Source: Octopus vulgaris
Taxonomy: Eukaryota
Length of the DNA: 64,000 nt
NCBI GenBank assembly: GCA_951406725.2
Contig: OX597820.1
Location: 29,326,001 to 29,390,000 of the forward strand
Reading direction: 5' to 3'
Part shown: positions 55,073 through 64,000 of the stretch, in pieces
Position numbering within the stretch: the first letter of the stretch is position 1
Layout of the letters: each line of letters starts with the position of its first letter
Notes under the pieces: generated by a model
Database searches by the model: none
What the model saw: only the letters and a program-made list of their open reading frames with translations
What the model was told of the DNA's origin: nothing
Made by a program: the position numbers and the translations under genes

Positions 55073-56581
55073 TAATAATAATAATAATAATAATAATAAT
55101 TGTGTACAGTGCTCAGGTGCACTACAACTCATCTAAAGTGTATATATAATCAGGTGTAGTTTCGGCGGATTTCGGAAAGCATGAGGGCCTTAAAAGATGC
55201 AGTGTCATGGCAGTCAACAACTGACGCAGGCAGTTTATTCCATGCTTCAGCAACTCTGAGCGTGAAAAAATGTTTCCGAAAGTCATGAGAGCTGTATTGT
55301 TTTCTGACTTTGTAGGCATGTCCACGTGTGTTAGACACATGGAGATCAAAAAGGTGTTCAGTGTTGTTGTTGGTGAGGTGGTTGATAACTTTGTGGGTGT
55401 TTACCAAGTCCGTCGCCAGACGCCGGAGCTTCAGTGAATCCATGCCCAGGGAAACAAGGCGCTCAGAATATGGTAGGTGTCTGATGGAGGGTATGCGTTT
55501 GGTTGCACGTCTCTGGACAGATTCCAGGAGGTCAATGTTCTGTGCAAGATAGGGGTTCCAAACTGATGATGCAAATTCCAAGTGTGGTCGTACCATAGCT
55601 GTATACAGTTTTAAATAGATGGCTGGAGAGCGGCTAACAAAAGACCTGCTGAGTGATGCCAAGACACCTTCGGCCTTCCTGACAATCTTAGAGATATGCT
55701 TTGTCCAACGCAAATCACTGCTGACAGTGATGCCTAGGTCACGCTCGCAAGAGGATTTCTTGATATCAGTGTTGTGGAGGGAGTATGTGAACGCAGGGTT
55801 TTTTCTCCCAAAATGCATGGTGGTACACTTGTCCACAGCCAGTTTCAGTTGCCAGTCTGTGATCCATTGCTGCATTGTGTCTAGGTCTGATTGCAGGAAA
55901 GAGTTGTAGACATCAGGATCTGTCCTCTTGATTTCAAGGTACAGCTTGATGTCGTCTGCATATTTCAATACTGTGGCATTCTTTAAATTGGCATCTATGT
56001 CGTTAATGTATGCCACAAACAAGAGGGGACCAAGGACAGATCCCTGTGGTACACCCGATGACATCTCATATGGTGTAGAGTGCTGTCCTAGAACTGTGAC
56101 AACCTCCTTTCGGCTGAGGATGAAGGATTTCAACCATTTAAAAAGGTCATCCCCCACACCCATTGCAGAGAGTTTCACCATAAGCCTTTTGTGTGGCACA
56201 GAGTTGAAAGCCTTAGCAAAGTCAAGGTAGACAACATCCACCCATGAGCCACTGTCAGTAATCTGAGTAATGTCCTCAAGGAACTCGACAAGCTGGTCAC
56301 TGCAGCTGGAGTTAGGGACAAATCCATATTGTGAGGGTCGGATGAGACTGTGAGAGCTCCAGAAGTTCCAGAGTGTTTCTCTGACACACGATTCCATCAG
56401 TTTTGCAATACAGCTAGTGAGACTGACTGGGCGATAGTTGACAGGTGATGTGCGGTCGCCCTTTTTGAACAGAGGAATGACACTGGCAGTTTTCCACTGC
56501 TCCGGAGTAGCACCATTGTTGAGACAGTACTGGAAGAAAATAGAAAGCTGGTGTAAAAGGAAGTGCCTGCCACGTTTGAGA
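55073..56581 (-). mobile_element. 5'-truncated CR1-like LINE copy (RT half, intact frame) inserted into a family C SINE
   Basis: Reverse complement of 51587-53098. It splits the SINE sequence ...accagat|cagactgg. The first 20 or so residues of ORF 55150-56643 come from the SINE. Confidence 0.95.
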
Positions 56582-58333
56582 TCAGACTGGACTGGAGCCT
56601 GGTGCAGCCTCCTGGCTTCCCAGACCCCGGTCGAACCGTCCAACCCATGCTGTATTTAAAAAATTAATAAATAAATAAATTCATGACTGGATGTTGTTTT
56701 CACAGCGATGTTGTTGATGATGATGAGGAGAAGGAGGAGGAGGCAAAATGGCAGAATCAGGAAAGCATTGAACAAAATTATTTGTGATATTTAATTAGAA
56801 ATTCCTATTCCCTCCATTTGTATAAATCTGAAGCTTTATATTTGTTTACATAATGTAATCTTAAATGCTTCAAGGGAAGGACAAGGTGGTCATGGCCAGA
56901 GCATATATAATATTTGGTCTGCTCAATCAGAACTGTCCTTGGACTAAACAGCAACAGCAACAGTTTGGTGAACTGACTGTTTAGTTACAAGTACAAAATA
57001 GTGTCAGTGATAAGACATGAACAATCACCTACTTCTAGGCTAGTTGTCTGAAGTTTCTATCAATCCTACCATCCACATTATCTATAGTAGTAATTATATT
57101 ATTTAACCCTTTAGCATTCAGATTATTCTGTCAAATGTAATGCTTATTTATCCACATTATTTTGAATCACTCCTGCATTATCTTATAGCTTCAAAATTTC
57201 AATGGTATACTTCTTTTACTCTTTTACTTGTTTCAGTCGTTTGACTGTGGCCGTGCTGGAGGACCGCCTTTAGTCGAGCAAATCGACCTCAAGACTTATT
57301 CTTTGGAAGCATAGTACTTATTCTATCGGTCTCTTTTGATGAACAGCTAAGTTATGGGGACGTAAACACACCAGCATCGGTTGTCAAGCGATGTTGGGGG
57401 GACAAACACACACACATACATATATATATATGTACATATATATATATATTCGATGGGCTTCTTTCAGTTTCTGTCTACCAAATCCACTCATAAGGCTTTG
57501 GTCGGCCCAAGGCTATAGTAGAAGATACTTGCCCAAGGTGCCACGCAGTGGGACTGAACCCAAAACCATGTGGTTCGTAAGCAAGCTACTTACAACACAG
57601 CCACTCCTAGATTGTTTATTTTTAGAGTAATATAGTTGGGTAAGTGTGAAAAGCTGAATCTGGCCATTTTGAACATAAGGCAGATAAAATATTTTGGCCT
57701 GATGTGGCCAGCTTGAATGCCGAAGGGTTAAACTGGCCAGATCTGGGTTCTCACACCTATCCTCTAATGTCATTCTAAAAATGAACAATCACGTCATTGA
57801 AAGCTTAAAGCTATGAGATTATGTGTGATTCAAAACAATATGAATAAATAAGCATTACATTTGACACAATAGTCTGAATGCTAAATGGTTAAACTTGTTA
57901 AAATTCCAATAAGAGGACCACTGCAGGCTGATGCCCACACCGCCTGACTGGCGTCCGTTTCGGTGACACGTAAAAAGCACCAACCGATCATGGCCGTTTG
58001 GCAGCCTCCTCTGGCCCCTGTGCCAGTGGCACGTAAAAAGCACCCACTACACTCACAGAGTGGTTGGCGTTAGGAAGGGCATCCAGCTGTGGAAACACTG
58101 CCAGATCAGACTGGAGCCCGGCGCTGCCTCCTGGCTTCCCAGACCCCAGTTGAACCATCCAACCTATGCTAGCATGGAAAACAGACGTTAAACGAAGATG
58201 ATGATGATGATGATGAGATAACAACCAAATCTTCCTTGGATCACATGCAACTTCCTTGAAAAATGAAGAACATTTTGGATAATGTAATCCAAGCTAACAC
58301 TACATTTTAAATGGTAAAATGACTTTTGATCAT

Positions 58334-58582
58334 AGACATGCCTACAAAGTCAGAAAACAACACAGCTCCCATGACTTTCGGAAACATTTTTTCACGCTCA
58401 GAGTTGCTGAAGCATGGAATAAACTGCCTGCGTCAGTTGTTGACTGCCATGACACTGCATCCTTTAAGGCCCTCATGCTTTCCGAAATCCGCCGAAAATA
58501 CACCTGATTATATATACACTTTAGATGAGTTGTAGTGCACCTGAGCACTGTACACAATTATTATTATTATTATTATTATTAT
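58334..58582 (+). mobile_element. Short 3' CR1-like LINE copy (an even shorter one lies near 38164-38230)
   Basis: Matches 52846-53098, including the (TTA)n tail. Confidence 0.9.
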
Positions 58583-58659
58583 TTGCTGAATCAGAACTGG
58601 CTTTGGGTTGGACAACAACCAGTTCAAATTCTTTTAAGTTGTTTTTTATTACTTTTGTG

Positions 58660-58800
58660 AATTTGTTTTGCAAGACTCCTGATGTGAAATCGTCTGTTGA
58701 AACAGATATTGTTATATTTCGGGATGATCATTTTTGATCATATTCATTCTTTCATCACACATCTGTCACCTCTTCAGCAACTCTTCTATCCACATGTTTC
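58660..58800 (-). mobile_element. Decayed Penelope-like pLTR fragment with a hammerhead-like core
   Basis: Minus strand reads CTGAAGAG gtgac-agatgt-gtgat GAAA. Plus strand gttgaaacagatattgttatatttcgg is identical to about 28935-28960. Confidence 0.6.
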
Positions 58801-58988
58801 CTCCTGTTCTCTTTATTCCATTCTATCAGAATGGCAAAAGATTTCCACACAATGGACATAAGATAGAATAAGAACAATAATGAATGAGTGAAGAATAAAT
58901 ATATAGTATGTGTGGTTGGTTTTATTCCTTTATTAATTGATTGTTTCTTTGTTGTTTTTATCTTTCTGTTTGTTTTTTTTTCTTTCAG

Positions 58989-59082
58989 AGACATTCCACC
59001 AAGCCAGGGGGGTAAATATATTGGTTTTGGCAGTACACCTGACCCAGTTCCTCAAGAAGATTATATGTCTTCTATCTCTACA
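58989..59082 (+). CDS. ARFGAP1: ArfGAP1 coding exon 6 (EDIPPSQGGKYIGFGSTPDPVPQEDYMSSIST); gene continues beyond window
   Basis: Long pyrimidine tract, TTTCAG acceptor and GTAAGT donor. Contains the conserved PPSQGGKY.GFG motif. Confidence 0.92.
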
Positions 59083-60482
59083 GTAAGTTACTATTTAAAA
59101 CTCATTTGAAATTGTAGCAGAATTAGAGCAAGTATTCACTTACAGCACTTTACGTTCCAAGTTCAAATCCCACTGAGATCAACCTTGCTTTGCATCCTTT
59201 CAGTAGGGTTTGGAGGGGGTCGATAAAATAAAGTACTAGTGAAATACTAGCATTAATATAATCAATAACTCCTTTCCTTTCCCCGTCATTTTAAAAATAT
59301 AGAATCACATCATCAAAATCTCAAAGCCACAGGATAATGTATTATTAATTCAAAACAGTGTAAATAAATAAGCATTACATGTGACAGTAATGGGTTAAAT
59401 GTTATATTATTATCTACTGCTGTTGTCTTCATCACTGTACAAATGCAGAGAAATTGTTTGGAATAGAATAGTAGTTTCCAAAGTGGGCAGTATTGCTCCC
59501 CTGGGTGAGTGGAAAGTTCCAAGGGGACATTGAAGAAAAGTGGGACGATAATGGGGTAGTGATTCATGTAAAAACAACAAAATAATGGGTTCATAAGGTG
59601 TTTTATTTGTGAAACACAGTTGCCTTGAATTTGCTTCAGAAAGAGGTCTGTTTTTGTGATGGTTAGTTGGGGTGGGTGCACTAGGAATGTGGCCACAGTG
59701 TCAAGGGGGCGGCAGCCCCATAAAGTTTAGGAACCACTGGAATAGAAGAATACAATGACAGTGTGTGTGTCCTGTTTGTGCCCTAATTTAGTAAACAGTC
59801 AGTAGATTTCCTCAGCTGGTGCAACCTACTGAATCATTTAAAAGTAAGGTAGGTGGTCAATATTTTAATGATCTTCATGGAATTGAAGCCATTACCACTA
59901 TCACCACCACCACCATCAGCAGCAGCAACATCAGTATTGCTATTTATTATATTTGTCACCATCATCATCATCATCGCTATTATTGCTATCATAATCATCA
60001 TCATTATTCATAGCTGTGTTTTCTTTCTGCTGTAGGTCAGAAATGTTTACTTTGTGACAACTGTCACCAATCCATATATATATATATGGCTGTCGTAATC
60101 ACCACTACCACCACTACTGATGCTATCAACATCATCATCATTATCATCAGCAGCAACATCACTCCCATTGGTGCAACCATTATTTCCATATCCGTTTTGC
60201 AACATTTGCCTTGTGCTAGATTACTTTGTCTGGTTTGCACTAAAGTTATATTCGTTTCATTTATTTTCTTTTATTCTTTTACTTGTTTCAGTCATTTGAC
60301 TGCAACCATGCTGGAGCACCGCCTTTAGTCAAACGAATCAACCCCAGAACTTATTCTTTGTAAGCCTAGTACTTATACTATCGGTTCTCTTTTGCTGAAC
60401 CACTAAGTTACAGATGTAAACACATCAACATCGGTTGTCAAGCGATGGTGGGGTGAACAAACACAGACACACAAACATACAC

Positions 60483-60517
<35 letters not shown>

Positions 60518-60927
60518 ACAGGCTTCTTTCAGTTTCTGTCTACCAAATCCACTCACAAGGCTTTGGTTGGCCTGAGGCTATAGTAGAAGACACTTGCCCA
60601 AGGTGCCACGCAGTGGGACTGAACCCAGAACCATATGGTTCGTAAGCAAGCTACTTATCCCACAGCCACTCCTGCTCCTACTTATATATGACAGGCTTCT
60701 TTCAGTTTCCGTCTACCAGATCCACTCACAAGGCTTTGGTCAGCCCCAGGCTACAGTAAAAGACACTTGCCCTACATGCCACACAGTAGGACCGAACCTC
60801 GAACCATGTGGTTGGGAAGTAAGCTTCTTAACGCACAGCCACTCCTGCACCTGTATGTATGTATGTATGTATGTATGTGTGTGTGTGTGTGTGTGTACAT
60901 ATATATACAATCACACACATGTGTATG

Positions 60928-60962
<35 letters not shown>

Positions 60963-61847
60963 ATGTACATATATATACAATCACACACGTGTGTGTGTGT
61001 GTGTACATATATATTTACAATCACACACGTGTGTGTATGTATATATATGTGTGTGTGTGTGTGTATATATACTTATCCACACGTGAGTGTGTGTATATAT
61101 ATGTACACTCGTGTGTGTGCATATTTATATGTATATGTGTATATAGGTATATACATACATATTTATGTATTTAATTAGCAGTGATATATAAATAGAAAAA
61201 AAAGCCTATATAATTCTGTAGTCATATTCACTCTTTATAACATCATTGGAAAGTCACAGCTGGCCAAGGGGAAGCGACAAAAAACCTATTAAAGTAAAAT
61301 TCTGACAGCTAATCACCTTCTATTGTCTGCAGCAAAGCAGCAAAGATACTCATCCTGTGAAGGTCAAGATAACTTAGTTGTTGCAAGAAAGTAATTCATA
61401 ACCCAACTGTAAGCAGTGGGAGATTCATAATTGATGAGCACAGGCTTGGCTGTGTGGTTAAGAAGTTTGCTTCCTAACCACATGGTTTCAGGCTCAGCCC
61501 CACTCTGTGGCACATTGAACAAGTATTTTCCATAGCCCTGCTATACCTATTCTACTCAACAGAACTCTGTGGTTGGCCTGGTAGATGAAACTGAAAGAAG
61601 CCTGTCCGATATATATATATATATATTTCTTTACTGCCCACAAGGGGCTAAACATAGAGAGGACAAAAAGGGACAGACAAACGGATTAAGTTGATTACAT
61701 CAACCCCAGTATGAAACTGGTACTTTATTTATCGACCCCGAAAGGATGAAAGGCAAAGTTGACCTCAGCGGAATTTGAACTCAGAACGTAACGACAGACG
61801 AAATTTCACCCGGTGTGCTAACCGTTCTGCCAGCTCGCCGCCTCGCA

Positions 61848-61887
<40 letters not shown>

Positions 61888-61889
<2 letters not shown>

Positions 61890-62265
61890 CCTCGCCTGGC
61901 CCCCGTGCCGCCGGCACGTAAAAAGCACCATCCGTTCGTGGCCGTTACCAGCCTCGCCTGGCCCCCGTGCCGGTGGCACATAAAAAGCACCATCCATTCG
62001 TGACCGTTGCCATCCTCGCCTGGCCCCCGTGCCGGTGGCACATAAAAAGCACCATCCGATCGTGGCCGTTTGCCAGACTCATCTGGCACGTAAAAAGCAC
62101 CCACTACACTCATGGAGTGGTTGGCATTAGGAAGGGCATCCAGCCGTAGAAACATTGCCAGATCAAACTGGGCCTGGTGCAGCCTTCTGGCTTCCCAGAC
62201 CCCAGTTGAACCATCCAACCCATGCTAGCATGGAAAGCGGACGCTAAACGATGATGATGATGATG

Positions 62266-62266
<1 letters not shown>
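61888..62266 (+). mobile_element. SINE family C with three tandem units of about 62 bp at the 5' side
   Basis: Repeated gcctcgcctggcccccgtgccggtggcac.taaaaagcaccatcc.ttcgtggccgtt, followed by the family C tail. Confidence 0.85.
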
Positions 62267-62301
<35 letters not shown>

Positions 62302-62625
62302 CATATAATGACGGGACACGTGTCCTTGTCTCTGAATTATAAGTTAGTTATTGAGGCCGGTTACTGATGAGAAATTCTCCTTGCAATAATATTGTTTTGC
62401 TAAATTACCTATTAAAGGATGGCAAATAATAATAATTGTTTGCTAAAGAAATTTTGAAACCATGGTATAACTAATAATAAATAACAAGGTAAAAGTTTTT
62501 ATTTTTCAATCCTTTCGAAAATTGCTATTAAATCGTAGTTTTGGCCATGTTGGCTGCTATTTCTAGCATGTAAAAATTACCTGTTAAAAGGTAGTTTTCT
62601 CTTGTGTTTAAATGTACACTTTTTT

Positions 62626-62660
<35 letters not shown>

Positions 62661-62769
62661 TGCCTGTTGCCAAGCAAGGTAATATTTCCCAACGGTTGAT
62701 CAGGTGTAATGGTGAGGTTCTTTTACAGCCGTTGCACAATGCCAAGACTAGGAAATACATATACACACA

Positions 62770-63172
62770 TAGGCGCAGGTGTGGCTGTGTGGTAAGTAGC
62801 TTGCTTCCTTACCACATGCAGGTGCAATCCCACTGTGTGGCACCTTCAGCAAGCGGCTTCTACTATAGCCCCAGGGCAACCAAAGCCATGTGAATAGATT
62901 TGGTAGGTGGAAACTGAAAGAAGCCCATCGTATAAGTATGTATATATCTGTGTGTCTGTCTGTTTTTGTCTCCTCATCACCACTTGATAACCAGTGTTGG
63001 TGTGTTTACATCCCTGTAACTTAACAGTTCAGCAAAAGAGGTTGATAGAGTAAGTACTAGGCTTTAAAAAAATGCAAATCCTGAAGTCGATTTGTTCGAC
63101 TAAAAACCCTTCAAGGCAGTGCTCCAGCATGACCACAGTCAAATGACTGAAACAAGTAAAAAAAATAAAAGA
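62770..63172 (+). mobile_element. SINE family A copy
   Basis: Matches family A. Confidence 0.75.
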
Positions 63173-63537
63173 ATACACATACATCTATACAGCAGGTTTC
63201 TTTCAGTTTCTCTCAATCAAATCCACTCGGCACACTTTGGTCAGCCAGTGGCTATAGCACAAGGCTATTGCCCAAGGTGGCATGCAGTGGGACTGAAACC
63301 TTGAATCCATGTTCTTCATCACAGAAAATTAGACGAAATGTTTATGAAAGAGATAACAGGTCACAAAAATGTGACAACACAGAAAAATTAACGAGAGTCA
63401 AATCCTATGAGCAAACAATAAAGAATCCTCTGCTTGAATAAATATAAACAAACATTATTTTCAACAGTTTCCCACTTTTTATTCTTCCTTCATTAACTAA
63501 TTAACAAAATTACTCAGCTGAATTTTTTTTTTGCCTG

Positions 63538-63572
63538 TATTATTATTATTATCATTATTAATAATATTATTA

Positions 63573-63604
<32 letters not shown>

Positions 63605-63672
63605 GTTATTATTATTATTATTGTTATTGTTATTATTATTATTATTGTTATTGTTATTATTATTATTATTGT
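63538..63672. repeat. (TTA)n/(TTG) trinucleotide microsatellite
   Basis: Directly visible. Explains the poly-N and poly-L ORFs. Confidence 0.95.
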
Positions 63673-64000
63673 TTTCTACAAACTCACACACAGACATGCC
63701 TGCAAACACTCCTACGCATACCCACACACTCATTCATTCACAGCGTCACGTCATTGATTTTATTATGTTGTTATTGTGTCAATATTACTGTTCCAATAAT
63801 ATTAATTTAATTTTAATTCCATACGTTAACACAAAACCAACTTTTTAGGCAAAGTGGAATTCAGGACTGTAATAGTCTTACCTTTGTTTAGAGTTGTGGT
63901 GCCAAGCCTTTTTTTTCTTTTTTAATTATATTTGGTCTTCTTTGGTTTTTCATTTTGTTTTGTTTTTTGTAGCGCCCAATGTATGAAGATTTTAATTAAC

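Noticed and set aside
62362-62385. CTGATGA matches here and at 12254, 47306 (minus) and 50111
   Set aside because: No stem II-GAAA-stem III-NUH arrangement. Two of them are coding sequence of transposon ORFs.

Overview
Eukaryotic, AT-rich, repeat-dense genomic DNA. The SINE families and microsatellite load resemble an octopus (coleoid cephalopod) genome; this is an inference. The window holds the 5' part of one + strand gene, ArfGAP1. Six coding exons (965-1024, 17551-17660, 42277-42448, 44987-45147, 53520-53588, 58989-59082) splice in frame with GT-AG sites to give 222 aa, including the CxxC-x16-CxxC zinc finger and the catalytic Arg50. The C-terminal ALPS region lies beyond the window. The introns contain several tRNA-type SINE families, a young CR1-like LINE family, DD37D (maT) and Tigger/pogo transposon remnants, MITEs, non-autonomous Helitrons, Penelope-like fragments and a 5S rRNA-derived fragment. 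Most ORFs in the supplied track are microsatellite or SINE artefacts. The most notable unexplained signals are: (1) an apparently intact type I hammerhead ribozyme in the sense strand of intron 1 (6816-6923); (2) a Penelope-like insertion with a 149-bp inverted repeat and minimal hammerhead variants, with related copies elsewhere; (3) two near-identical CR1 copies in inverted orientation around a frame-preserving 69-nt exon; (4) a G_GGA_AAC -1 frameshift-like ORF1/ORF2 junction in the CR1; (5) TSD-flanked SINE multimers that share one junction at three independent loci.
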